In this document: positions 37,681 to 47,413 of the stretch, piece by piece | How the letters are laid out: each line of letters begins with the position of its first letter | Position numbering within the stretch: position 1 is the stretch's first letter | IMG/VR virus record: IMGVR_UViG_3300042905_004067 | Length of the DNA: 64,000 bases | Source of the DNA: a virus | Reading direction: 5' to 3' (one strand) | Notes under the pieces: model-generated | Told to the model about the DNA's origin: nothing | The model's input: only the letters and a program-made list of their open reading frames with translations | Database searches by the model: none | Program-made: the position numbers and the translations under genes

Positions 37681-38697
37681 TTAGTGGTCACGCTTCTTTT
37701 TGCTTTCCATCAGCGGATTGGGTGCTAGTGTTGCCATTCTTGCATTTGGATTAGGCATATTGCTAAGTGTGGTTTGTTGTCTTCGTTGTCGTAGAGCGTC
37801 GTAAGCAGATTTAGTTTTGGCAAACTGAGGTGTGTTTATTCTATTTCCAAGTAACTCTGCTCTTTTTTGTAATTCTGCATCAAAATTTGTGTTTGATGAT
37901 ATTGGTTTTGTTTTTTCAGCATCTGTTGCTGGTCCTAGTTCTGGTCTTCTAATAACAGAACCAGGTCTTGTAATTTGTACTGGTAGAGTTGCATTAGTTT
38001 GTGCAATTTCTGTTTCTAGTCTTGCTCTATCTCTCTCTGCTTCTTGTTCTGGTGTTAACTTGGTGCTAACATTTGGTGGAGATACTGCACCTCTTAGTTT
38101 TTGTAATAAACTTCCGGTTCTTGCTACTGCTCCACCAATTCCTCGTTGAACAGAATCAGAACTACCAAGTGCATCAACGGCACCAAGAATTCTATTACCA
38201 CTTGTATCTCTACGTCCCAATCGTGCATTTCTCTTTTCAAATGCAGTTGCTAATGCTCCAACTGCTCCTGCGACTACATTAGATCCAATTGCTCCGTAAA
38301 TCCCACCGAGTCTTTGCTTTGCTGCTTGTCTTGTTACTACTTGACTACCCATTTGCATCGTATTAGGAGGAACAGCCGGTGTAAATTCTGGTCTAAATGT
38401 TGATGGTGTTCTATTCTGTCTTCCAAGAGAAGGCATTGCTGATGGTTTAGGTAATTGATTAGGATCTAATACTCCAGCGCCTACTTTTCTGCTCAAATCA
38501 CCAGGTCTTAATAAACTTCTTTTAGTATAAGATGTTGGTGGTCTTTCTTGTACTGGTTGTCTTGTTTCTGGATTGATTAATGGTTGTCCTGTTCGCGGAT
38601 CAATACCACCAGCAACAGCCCGACTAGCAGTGGCTGCTGCAAGTGTTCTAGTTGCAGCATTTTGCTGTTCTTTAAGATATTGCTTAAAACTTAGCAT
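37681..38697 (-). CDS. Putative internal head protein (basic, low-complexity)
   Basis: N-terminal MLSFKQYLKE resembles the T4 capsid-targeting sequence; located between gp21 and gp22. Confidence 0.55.
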   Translation of the reverse strand: MLSFKQYLKEQQNAATRTLAAATASRAVAGGIDPRTGQPLINPETRQPVQERPPTSYTKRSLLRPGDLSRKVGAGVLDPNQLPKPSAMPSLGRQNRTPSTFRPEFTPAVPPNTMQMGSQVVTRQAAKQRLGGIYGAIGSNVVAGAVGALATAFEKRNARLGRRDTSGNRILGAVDALGSSDSVQRGIGGAVARTGSLLQKLRGAVSPPNVSTKLTPEQEAERDRARLETEIAQTNATLPVQITRPGSVIRRPELGPATDAEKTKPISSNTNFDAELQKRAELLGNRINTPQFAKTKSAYDALRQRRQQTTLSNMPNPNARMATLAPNPLMESKKKRDH

Positions 38698-39341
38698 TAA
38701 AGTTTCTTAAAAAAGTCTTCAAATAATCTTAATGCTTTTTTTTCTATATTTTTGGTTGAAGTCTTTTTCATGGTTCGTTTTGCTTCCATCAAATCTCTCT
38801 CCAACCAAGAACCATTATTCCATACCCATTCTTTTCCTTCCATGATGCCATTTACAAATGCACCCGGAGCAGATGGATCAGCAACAATATCAACGGCAGA
38901 AAGCATCAAATCTGGTTGAACAATCTTTTTTCCATTTTGCTCAACGAGTGATCCCATTGCTCTTGAACTAACACCAAGTTTTGCACCTTCTCGAATTAGT
39001 TCTCCTGCTATCTTTCCCATTGGAGTACTTTCAAGAATTTTGGCTTTTCCATAAACCTTATTCTTTTTGAATTCCAACATAACGATTCTGTGACTAACTC
39101 TATCAAGGTTTACAGTTGGACCTGTTGGATGTCCTAGTTCACCAAAGGCACGATTGCAATTCACAAATTCGGTAATATAACGACCAACCTCTTTGTTTAG
39201 AGTATCATAAGGATATACTCTACCGTTTCGGTTACATTCATCAGAAACCATGAAGACACCCTCTATAAAGAGAGACTTTTTATCTTCTGGACCTTCTGTA
39301 ATGTATTGAATGTCCTCTATAGTTTCTGTGATGAGTTTCAT
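38697..39341 (-). CDS. 21: Prohead protease gp21
   Basis: MKLITE, NRNGRVY, GELGHP, GVSSR.MGSL, DIVADPSAP.AFV.GIME. Confidence 0.97.
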   Translation of the reverse strand: MKLITETIEDIQYITEGPEDKKSLFIEGVFMVSDECNRNGRVYPYDTLNKEVGRYITEFVNCNRAFGELGHPTGPTVNLDRVSHRIVMLEFKKNKVYGKAKILESTPMGKIAGELIREGAKLGVSSRAMGSLVEQNGKKIVQPDLMLSAVDIVADPSAPGAFVNGIMEGKEWVWNNGSWLERDLMEAKRTMKKTSTKNIEKKALRLFEDFFKKL

Positions 39342-39910
39342 TATTCGTCTTTCTTTGCTTTCTTCCATGCAGTTGCATATTGAACAGACTTACCGCGTTT
39401 GCCATATTGTGCTTTAAAGGATTCTCTTGCCTTTTTAGAATGAGTCATGTGTTTCATACCGGAAGGAGAAACTTCATCTAGTTGTTCAGTTTCTTCTGAA
39501 ATTCCAGTGGACTTTTTGAATGCTTTTTGATTCATTTCCGCTGCTTTATTATCTTGATTGCAATTATCGCAACCTTCATCTTCATAAACTAAACCATCTT
39601 CTCCCATTTTTTCTTCCTCGTCTTCTTCCTCTTCCTCCTCCTCTTCCTCCTCTTCCTCTTCCTCTTTTTTCTCAAGAAGATCATTTAGTTCTGAACGAAG
39701 TTCATTGGCTTCATCAAGTTCAGTTTCTAGTTCTAATTCACCTTCAACCTCTTCCTCTGTAGTTTCATCCAAGAAAGTCTGTGGTGCATATTCTTCAAAC
39801 TTGGCTTGAAGTCTCTCGTTGAGTTTTTGCATCAAAAGATCGTGTACGATTCTTTTTGTTTCTACTACGTTCTCTTGAATTACGTTTTTAATTAGATCGT
39901 TGGTGTCCAT
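39341..39910 (-). CDS. Acidic prohead core protein (gp67/gp68 position) with poly-Glu tract
   Basis: Long E-run, several L-x-E gp21-type cleavage sites, basic C-terminus ending YATAWKKAK. Confidence 0.6.
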   Translation of the reverse strand: MDTNDLIKNVIQENVVETKRIVHDLLMQKLNERLQAKFEEYAPQTFLDETTEEEVEGELELETELDEANELRSELNDLLEKKEEEEEEEEEEEEEEDEEEKMGEDGLVYEDEGCDNCNQDNKAAEMNQKAFKKSTGISEETEQLDEVSPSGMKHMTHSKKARESFKAQYGKRGKSVQYATAWKKAKKDE

Positions 39911-39912
39911 TT

Positions 39913-40350
39913 TTATCTCCGGTATAATTTTTCCGCAGTTTTTACTGCTTTCTTGAATCCATGTTCTGATTCAAGCATGAGGTTTACTAACTTATCCTTA
40001 TGTGAAGTATTTAGAGTTTTATATAATTCTGCCAAATATTTAGCCATATTTGGAGTTATTTCAAGTAGAGAACCATCTTTTGCGGTTGCCCAAGTAGTTC
40101 TGTTTGTATTAATTGCAACATTTACTTCATTAATAGGCATATACTCAACAGAAACCTTTTCCTCAAAAATTTTTATTTCTTTTTTTGGTTTAGGTTTTGT
40201 TTGTATGTTTTTTAATATTTTGTTTGCTTCTTTTAGATAAAGATGCGCTAAAGAATCACAGATTTTTTCCTTAATAAGAGAATATACTTCCTTTTTAAAA
40301 AGGTCTTTATTTTCTTCTTTTAAGGCTGAAAACTCTGGACGGTTATTCAT
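39913..40350 (-). CDS. Putative prohead core protein
   Basis: 145-aa ORF between the portal and protease genes. Confidence 0.5.
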   Translation of the reverse strand: MNNRPEFSALKEENKDLFKKEVYSLIKEKICDSLAHLYLKEANKILKNIQTKPKPKKEIKIFEEKVSVEYMPINEVNVAINTNRTTWATAKDGSLLEITPNMAKYLAELYKTLNTSHKDKLVNLMLESEHGFKKAVKTAEKLYRR

Positions 40351-41927
40351 TGTGGAGCCTGTTCGCCTTCTTGCTGCTCTGGTTGTATTCCTAATGCAAG
40401 CATTTGTTGTTGTTGTTCTACCGATTTAATCAATGCTTCTTGTTGTTCTTTTGCAATCTGTGCATTAATTTCTATAATTTCTTCATCGGTCTGTTTGAGT
40501 ATGTTCTTTCGAATATACTCCTCAGAGTAATAACGTCCAACCACTCCTGCCAAATTATTTAGCATATCTAATCTGTCACGAAGAATATCATTTTCTTTTA
40601 ATTCATTGAAATATGAATCTTTGTTGAATTTAAATGCAACATCTTGTTGAATTTTGTTCCACTCATCCTCTGTCATTATTCCCTTGAGAATAACTTGAGT
40701 CTTAATTAGATCTAACAAAAGAGAGGTGAACCTGAGCCTTAGTCTTTCTACAAATTTATAGAATTTAACTTCATCTCTTGTAATTTCAGCAGAACGACCC
40801 ATGTTGAATCCAGTTTCTGCTTCAAGTCGAGAAATAGGAACATTCAGTGCTCTATACAACTTCTTTTGTAAATAAAGAACGTCTTCCATTTCTCCTAAAT
40901 TTTGCCCACCATCTAATGTCTGTATTTCTGTTCCTCTTCCACCTTCTCTTCGTGGCATCCAGAAATCTTCCAACATATGCATGTGGTTTCTATCGTCACG
41001 AATCTGACCAGTGGCTGAATCATATGTAATTTTATTACGGTAACGATTCATGATCTCTCGTAGATATTGTTCTGCCTTTTGTTTTGGAAGATTTCCTACG
41101 TCGATGTAGAATATTCTTCTCTCTGGTGCGCGAGAAATTCGGTATATTACAACAGCATCTTCAATTTGACGCAACATGTTAAGTGGTCGTATTGCTTTTT
41201 GAAGATAACCAATTACTCTTTTTGTTACTGCATCCACTACACCAGAATGCGAATAAGCAACTGTGTCTATGGTAAATCTATATCCAGATGGAGTCGTTGG
41301 ATATAGTGCTTCCTTATCAGTGTCCGTATAGACGTAATACTCATCCACTTTCTTTACAAAAGGAATAATCTGACCACCAGATACTTTTGCTCTTTCTTTT
41401 TCTACTTTTCTTACCTTTTTGATTTTTACCGGATCAATTGGTATCAAAGAAACTAATCCTTTTTGTGGATTTGTTTTATCTATTTCTTTGTAGTAAAAAA
41501 CTTTGCTGTCAATATACCATCTTCTAAAAATTTCATGTCCTTTATTACTAAAGTCTAATAGTTTTAGGATGTGGTTATATTCAAAGTATATTTTGGTTTT
41601 TATTGAGTCTGGAAGATTTACATAATCTAAATTTAGTTTAATGGGTTTTCTGTCTTCTCCCATTACTATACTTTCATTGACAATATCTTCAATTGCGCTG
41701 TCAACTTCTGGGTGAAGAGCCATTCCTCTATATTGCCCAATGAGTTGGTTCTCGTCCCTAATAGAACCGGAGAAGTCAATGGATGTACCAAAGACTCCTC
41801 CAGTTTCAAATGTATAGGTTCCGTCGTAGGGTTCAGGTGTTACCGGAATCTGATTTGTTTCTAGACTCTTTTCTTCCTGATCTTTTCTTTTTCCAAAACT
41901 AAAACCAAATATGTCAGTTATTGCCAT
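40347..41927 (-). CDS. 20: Portal protein gp20
   Basis: YRISRAPERRIFYIDVGNLPK.KAEQYL, EDFW.PRREGGRGTEI, ITRDEVKF. Confidence 0.99.
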   Translation of the reverse strand: MAITDIFGFSFGKRKDQEEKSLETNQIPVTPEPYDGTYTFETGGVFGTSIDFSGSIRDENQLIGQYRGMALHPEVDSAIEDIVNESIVMGEDRKPIKLNLDYVNLPDSIKTKIYFEYNHILKLLDFSNKGHEIFRRWYIDSKVFYYKEIDKTNPQKGLVSLIPIDPVKIKKVRKVEKERAKVSGGQIIPFVKKVDEYYVYTDTDKEALYPTTPSGYRFTIDTVAYSHSGVVDAVTKRVIGYLQKAIRPLNMLRQIEDAVVIYRISRAPERRIFYIDVGNLPKQKAEQYLREIMNRYRNKITYDSATGQIRDDRNHMHMLEDFWMPRREGGRGTEIQTLDGGQNLGEMEDVLYLQKKLYRALNVPISRLEAETGFNMGRSAEITRDEVKFYKFVERLRLRFTSLLLDLIKTQVILKGIMTEDEWNKIQQDVAFKFNKDSYFNELKENDILRDRLDMLNNLAGVVGRYYSEEYIRKNILKQTDEEIIEINAQIAKEQQEALIKSVEQQQQMLALGIQPEQQEGEQAPQ

Positions 41928-41948
41928 AATATAATATCTTTTTTAAAA

Positions 41949-42503
41949 TTAAGAGGTTGGGCTTTGTGCTTCGTAAGTATAATGACTATAAGAAATAGCG
42001 ACTTGAAATTGTGCTGTTTGATTTGCTGCTGCCATATCTAGCGAAACTGGTCCAACCTGTGTTGGCCATGCATTTCTTAAAATTATTTTCTTTAAGAATG
42101 CATCAGACTGATGATCTAAATGTTCAACAGTAAGATCAACGCAGAAATTGCTAACGTGTCTTCTGTCTTGTGCTACGTTATCTTCATGGCTGTTAAACAA
42201 CTCTGACCATGCATGGAATGCATCCCAAGTGCTACTTGCACCAGTATCATCCAGTACTGTTACATTCCAGTCGTTATATACCCTGTCGCCTGGAAATTTG
42301 TAAATTCTTCCTCTAAACGGAATTGGTATATTTCCTACTATGCTTTCTGGTAGAGTTGCTGCAACGCAATGTGTGTCGATGAATAATCCGTTTCCACCAG
42401 TTGCTAAATTACTTGGTGGGGTTGCAGTAATTCTAAATCTATTTGGACGAGTACCACCTTGAAACTTGTCCTGAAACGTGGAAATTGAGTGAATTGTTGC
42501 CAT
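41949..42503 (-). CDS. 19: Tail tube protein gp19
   Basis: GGTRPNRF, FRGR...PGDR...W, WPT.VG...LD. Confidence 0.93.
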   Translation of the reverse strand: MATIHSISTFQDKFQGGTRPNRFRITATPPSNLATGGNGLFIDTHCVAATLPESIVGNIPIPFRGRIYKFPGDRVYNDWNVTVLDDTGASSTWDAFHAWSELFNSHEDNVAQDRRHVSNFCVDLTVEHLDHQSDAFLKKIILRNAWPTQVGPVSLDMAAANQTAQFQVAISYSHYTYEAQSPTS

Positions 42504-42523
42504 TTTGTCTCCTGTGTTTTACT

Positions 42524-42531
42524 TATTTATT
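42524..42531 (-). promoter_or_regulatory. Late promoter-like motif (AATAAATA) before gp19
   Basis: Upstream of an AGGAG SD. Confidence 0.65.
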
Positions 42532-43687
42532 ATAAAACGGCATCAGTATTTAGGTTAGTAATTCTAAGTTTGACGAAGTTTACAGACTTTGTTGGTTTGA
42601 TGAATACATCAGCAACAAATTGATTTGAGTCTATAATTGAGGCTGGATTATTTGATTCATCACATACAACTCTATAATCAAATATTCCTCTTCCTTCTTT
42701 AATTTGCTGTAAGAATCCATTTGCAGAATTAGCAAACAGAGATCGTGTTCCTGCGTCGTTTACTTCGAACAAAACAGAACGAGCAGATCGTCCCAAAGTT
42801 TGTTTAATGTAATTAATTAGACGAACTACATTTACTCTTGTGAGACTTGATGTGCTTGTTGCTTCTCTTGTCTTATCTCCGAATAGATAAGTTCCCTCGC
42901 CAGGAATACCGATTACAGAATTAATTTCAGCATCATCGTAAAGTGCATCTTGTTCAGATGCTTTTGGATTCTTTACAAGACGAACTACATTTAGTATTCT
43001 TCCGCGACGAGTTCCGGCCGGAGATGACCAAAGAGTTGCATCTCTATCGGTTCTAGCAAAACATCCAGCAACATCTGATGCGAGTGGAATTGTAACGAAG
43101 TTTTCACCAACAGTTTGATTTGACAAACCAAGCATTACTTTTTCACCACCTACTAAGAATGCTTTGTTATCAGTGGTTGCATCTGCAACTGATGGGAATG
43201 CTGTTACACCAGATACTGCGGTTCCGCTTGCATAACCAGCATAAGTTACACCCACAACACCGATTGTTGTATCTCTTTCTGCAATTGTGTTTAGTACTGC
43301 CGAGACATGTGTTGTGTTGATTTGAGATGTGAAAACAGTATCTAATTGAATGTTTGTATCAAAAAACGCAGTTGAAGTTTCTGCAATTCTAAGAACACCA
43401 CCGTATGAGAGGTAATTATAAGCAGAATACCAATCCTGCTTCCAATCTCCGGTTGGTCCTGGTCCGGTGGCTCCACCATATGTTGTTCCATTTAGCAAAC
43501 CAATCCAGTCTGCTAAACTTTCAACTGTCATATAATCATTATCTTTATCTGCTGTTACCCCGAATAGAGTAACTAAACTTGGGGTGCTGAGGCTGAACAT
43601 GCCTGAAATGTGAGCACTTCCTCCCTCTGAACCAGCGACTACGAATGAATTGTCAATTACGGTTACGCTTACGTTTGGTCTTGCCAT
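42530..43687 (-). CDS. 18: Tail sheath protein gp18 (unusually short, 385 aa)
   Basis: WSSPAG.RRG.I, LFGDKT, R.NVVRL, VVCDESNN, D.FIKP.KS.NF. Confidence 0.93.
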   Translation of the reverse strand: MARPNVSVTVIDNSFVVAGSEGGSAHISGMFSLSTPSLVTLFGVTADKDNDYMTVESLADWIGLLNGTTYGGATGPGPTGDWKQDWYSAYNYLSYGGVLRIAETSTAFFDTNIQLDTVFTSQINTTHVSAVLNTIAERDTTIGVVGVTYAGYASGTAVSGVTAFPSVADATTDNKAFLVGGEKVMLGLSNQTVGENFVTIPLASDVAGCFARTDRDATLWSSPAGTRRGRILNVVRLVKNPKASEQDALYDDAEINSVIGIPGEGTYLFGDKTREATSTSSLTRVNVVRLINYIKQTLGRSARSVLFEVNDAGTRSLFANSANGFLQQIKEGRGIFDYRVVCDESNNPASIIDSNQFVADVFIKPTKSVNFVKLRITNLNTDAVL

Positions 43688-43717
43688 TTTTATCTCCTAG
43701 AGATGCCTTACTAGGGG

Positions 43718-43725
43718 TATTTATT
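43718..43725 (-). promoter_or_regulatory. Late promoter-like motif (AATAAATA) before gp18
   Basis: Upstream of an AGGAG SD. Confidence 0.65.
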
Positions 43726-43732
43726 TAATTCG

Positions 43733-45397
43733 TTATTTCCACTCGTCTGCTTTCCATAAATCCTTTCCGTCTGAAAATGTCTTCATATCTTCGTCTTCGT
43801 AGGAGGAAATAAACCCAAAAGGCGCCAAATCGTCCTCAAGTTGTTTAATTTCATTTTTATATAAAGCAAGTCTGGTGTCCAGATTAGTTAATTCTTTAAA
43901 ATAGGGTTGTCTTGATAACCAGGCAAAAAGAACTAGAGACATTACTAAATCGTCCGTATGACCATCTTCCGCACCATAAGTCTGTGCTTTACTGACAAAT
44001 GACATCAATTCTGTCAGAATATCGTAATCTTCCAACATTAATTTGTCTTGTTCAATCATATTCTTTAGTACTGAACATCCAACTCGTTTTACCTGACTTG
44101 TCGTTCTTACTCCAAATACACTCTCTCCTTTTCCGAAACCGCCACTAACAACCTGTCCTTTTCTACCCTTCATGCTAGTCATAAGAACATGTTCATATTC
44201 AAGTTCACTGTGTAAAATATCAGCAACCTGTCCACCAATGTCATTGATCTCTATAAAGACATATGCTTTATTGTACTTGTAAGCGGCTTTTTCGATAACA
44301 GTAGGAAATAACATGGGTGATATAATATTATTTCTAAATTTACATACCAGTTTATACGGAGAAGTTGTGGCATCTATTACCGTAAATGCACTATAGTCTT
44401 TTCCCTGTCCTCTGGCAGTATCTACAGTTATAAAGTACAAATGATCTTCTATTGGTTGTTCATAAACAGTAAGACCATCTTTAGTAACATATTCTGGTTC
44501 TTTCCATGACATTGTATTTAATTTTGATGTAGAAATTAATGTGTTTGAAGATCCCAAAAAGTTACATTCAAATTCGGATTCGAACTGCTTTTCCGAAGTT
44601 TGTTTGATCATTTCCTCTTTCCACTTTTGATCTCTTAATTTTCCTCCAGATGTTACTGGAACTTGAGACCAGTGTACTTCAATTGGAACATATTCATTTT
44701 TTGTTGGATCTCCCTCTTTTCGAGTCGCACCCTTCCAAAGTTTATAAAACATATTAAGACCATTAGGTGTAGAGATAATTAAAACTTTGGTGCTAACACC
44801 AGAAGTAATTGTTGGAAACACAGAACTAAAGAATTCTTCTGCAATATTTTGGGGAACGAACGCAAACTCATCAAGAAATAACATGTTAAATGATCCACCA
44901 CGCACAGCGGATGCTGACGTAGAAGATGCTAAAATTTTAGAACCATTTTCTAATTGAATAGATCCTTTATTCCATTCTAAAATTCCTTGTTGAATCCATT
45001 TAGGTAAATACTCATATGCTAATTTTAGACGAGACAACATTTCTCTTGCCGTGGATTGTTTGTTTGCAAGAATTGCAACACTCATGTTTTGATTAAACAA
45101 AATATAATGTAGAATATAACCAATAACAGTTGTAGATTTTCCAGACTGACGAGGTAGTTTTGCTATGATATATCGGTTATCATGAAATTTTCGAACCATG
45201 TCCTGTTGGTAATCATAAAGATCAAAAGGAACAAGACCCTTATCAAGAGTTACGATTTTTATGTAATTTTTAATAAAGTAAACAGGATCGTTCGCACATT
45301 TAAGATATTCATCAATCTGTTCTTTAGTAAATTCAATTTTTACCCCAGGTCCTTTTAGGTTGGGATTTCCAAGATAACTTTTATCTTTGCTCGTCAT
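43733..45397 (-). CDS. 17: Terminase large subunit gp17
   Basis: YLGNPNLK, PRQSGKST, LDEFAF, STPNG, DTARG.GKDYS, DDLVM. Confidence 0.98.
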   Translation of the reverse strand: MTSKDKSYLGNPNLKGPGVKIEFTKEQIDEYLKCANDPVYFIKNYIKIVTLDKGLVPFDLYDYQQDMVRKFHDNRYIIAKLPRQSGKSTTVIGYILHYILFNQNMSVAILANKQSTAREMLSRLKLAYEYLPKWIQQGILEWNKGSIQLENGSKILASSTSASAVRGGSFNMLFLDEFAFVPQNIAEEFFSSVFPTITSGVSTKVLIISTPNGLNMFYKLWKGATRKEGDPTKNEYVPIEVHWSQVPVTSGGKLRDQKWKEEMIKQTSEKQFESEFECNFLGSSNTLISTSKLNTMSWKEPEYVTKDGLTVYEQPIEDHLYFITVDTARGQGKDYSAFTVIDATTSPYKLVCKFRNNIISPMLFPTVIEKAAYKYNKAYVFIEINDIGGQVADILHSELEYEHVLMTSMKGRKGQVVSGGFGKGESVFGVRTTSQVKRVGCSVLKNMIEQDKLMLEDYDILTELMSFVSKAQTYGAEDGHTDDLVMSLVLFAWLSRQPYFKELTNLDTRLALYKNEIKQLEDDLAPFGFISSYEDEDMKTFSDGKDLWKADEWK

Positions 45398-45833
45398 TAT
45401 CTAAAGCCTTTTTTCTACTTCTGGACTGATTCACTATGTCCTGAAGATCACTTGTTGAACCAACATAAATTGCATTGGTTGTTTTATTATTTACCGTAAT
45501 TTCTTCTTTTTGAATATTTTTCTTTTGCTGATGCAGATCAATTAAATCTTTATTCATTTCAGCAAGTTGTTTTGCAAAATTAGAAACTACTTCGAATCCT
45601 CTGGGAGAGTCTAAACTTTCTGCCAAAGATATGGCATTTTCAAGACTATCTTTTCCCTTTTCTATGAGTTCTTTTAAATTCTGTCTAGCATATTCAAAAT
45701 CTGAATCAATTTTTTTAGTATCTTGTGGTTCTTTTGGTTGAACTGGAACAAGAACTTCTTTTGGGTTTGATTTAAAATCTACACCTAGACTTTGAGATAT
45801 AGAATTAAAAACATTTGGAACATCATCTGTCAT
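45381..45833 (-). CDS. 16: Terminase small subunit gp16
   Basis: DFEYAR.NL, SPR.FEV, N.IYVGST.DLQ. Confidence 0.9.
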   Translation of the reverse strand: MTDDVPNVFNSISQSLGVDFKSNPKEVLVPVQPKEPQDTKKIDSDFEYARQNLKELIEKGKDSLENAISLAESLDSPRGFEVVSNFAKQLAEMNKDLIDLHQQKKNIQKEEITVNNKTTNAIYVGSTSDLQDIVNQSRSRKKALDNDEQR

Positions 45834-46498
45834 AGTGTGTCATCCTCCAAGATATCGATATTCATTTCTTTAATAATTCCAGAATCACTTTCTTTAATCT
45901 TGGAATATATGTAAGCCTTTGCGGTAAATTGTAAACTAGTATATAATTCTCTTCTTGTAGAAAAATCACCAGTGGTAAACTGATCATTAAATGATACGTT
46001 GTTCAATACAATAGGAACGTCTATTTTTGTATCCAATTCATTCATCTTTAAAGTAACAACAAACTCTGGAGAAAAATAAGGTATAACTTGCTCAACTATT
46101 TGAAGACTGTCATCAACGTTTCTTGCAAAAACATGTAAGTAATATTGAACGTTATATGGAACTTCAACAAAAGATTGATATGTGGTGGCTTCTGCTCCAG
46201 TTCCAACCGTTTTGACTTTTTTGTTTATTTTGTTAACTTTTCGCTGAGGATCATATTGAATAGTAGTTAATTCAAATGCTAATCTTGGAAGCATTGTTTC
46301 AATTTTTACATTATTTGAAATAGAACTTGCTTCAGTTAATCTTCTAACAAATTTTTCTTTTCCAGAGTAAGTTAAAGGGACACGCTTTCTCTCTTCCATC
46401 CCGGTGGATGTTTCTTTTGATACATAAATTTCATCAAATAAACCACCAAACGCTAATGTTAGTTTTTTAAGTGTATGATTGTAAAAATATTGAAACAT
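45830..46498 (-). CDS. 15: Tail sheath stabiliser / completion gp15
   Basis: FGGLF, VPLTY..KEKF, LPRLAFE, QIVEQ..PYF.P. Confidence 0.93.
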   Translation of the reverse strand: MFQYFYNHTLKKLTLAFGGLFDEIYVSKETSTGMEERKRVPLTYSGKEKFVRRLTEASSISNNVKIETMLPRLAFELTTIQYDPQRKVNKINKKVKTVGTGAEATTYQSFVEVPYNVQYYLHVFARNVDDSLQIVEQVIPYFSPEFVVTLKMNELDTKIDVPIVLNNVSFNDQFTTGDFSTRRELYTSLQFTAKAYIYSKIKESDSGIIKEMNIDILEDDTL

Positions 46499-47412
46499 TA
46501 ATAAGTTCCTTCAGAGAATGGATCTATTTCGGTAAAATCATAAATCTTCATAGAATCACCTTCACTCTTAATATCTTCATTATCTCCTACTTCAAACGTT
46601 GTGACCGGTGTAATTGGAATAATCAAATTACTTCCAGTAATTCCTGAAACATAGTATTCTGCTCCGGAATCTTTTCCTCGTATAGACTGAGATCCATATA
46701 AGAATGAGCCACTAATTCCATATATTTCCATTGTATCGGTGCTGCTGTAGAATTTAACTACCTTTGCTTCTGCGGTTGCATTAGCATAATTACCTCCAGT
46801 AACACCAGCCACCTGAAACACGGTTTCTCCATCGTAAAATATTTTACCGGATGATATTTCACTAGAGAATGTAAATATGGAAATAGATGCTTTATTTTCT
46901 GTTTCTACAACATCAATATCAGTATCACCAGTTTCAAATTCATCATTATCAATTGTTGTAAGTTCACATGTTAATGCATAAGTGTATAACTTTCCTGCTT
47001 GATAAAATGGATTTTCATGTTCAACGAAGTTAATTTCAAATAAACCTTTTGTCAGAGGAAAATAAATTAAATCACCTTCTCTTGGTCTGGTTATCGTGTC
47101 ATAATGATCGGATACTTCTTGTTTAAATCTTTTTCTGGAAAGAATAATAATTGCTTTATCTCTAACTTCTAAACCAAATTTAGAAACTATATCTCCCTCG
47201 CCTTCAAAGCCATTAACAGTAGCAATATACATTTCTATAGGAAATGATTTACTAAACTTATAACGAGCCTCACCGAACTCTTCTTCGATGTTGTACTGTT
47301 CTCTTGGAATATAAAGCATATCTCTGCCCATCGTTTTGATGATCTCTATTGAGAGATCTTCGATGACATTTTGCTCTCCAGAATAATCTTTGAAGTATGG
47401 ATTTCTTGCCAT
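46498..47412 (-). CDS. 14: Neck protein gp14
   Basis: YIPRE, SKFGLE, RPREGDLIYFP, FVEHE.PFYQ, DPFSE. Confidence 0.93.
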   Translation of the reverse strand: MARNPYFKDYSGEQNVIEDLSIEIIKTMGRDMLYIPREQYNIEEEFGEARYKFSKSFPIEMYIATVNGFEGEGDIVSKFGLEVRDKAIIILSRKRFKQEVSDHYDTITRPREGDLIYFPLTKGLFEINFVEHENPFYQAGKLYTYALTCELTTIDNDEFETGDTDIDVVETENKASISIFTFSSEISSGKIFYDGETVFQVAGVTGGNYANATAEAKVVKFYSSTDTMEIYGISGSFLYGSQSIRGKDSGAEYYVSGITGSNLIIPITPVTTFEVGDNEDIKSEGDSMKIYDFTEIDPFSEGTY

Positions 47413-47413
47413 A

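Noticed and set aside
35190-38282. Short plus-strand or alternate-frame ORFs over gp23, gp22 and neighbours
   Set aside because: Fully overlap well-supported genes; explained by the higher GC and codon bias of highly expressed genes.
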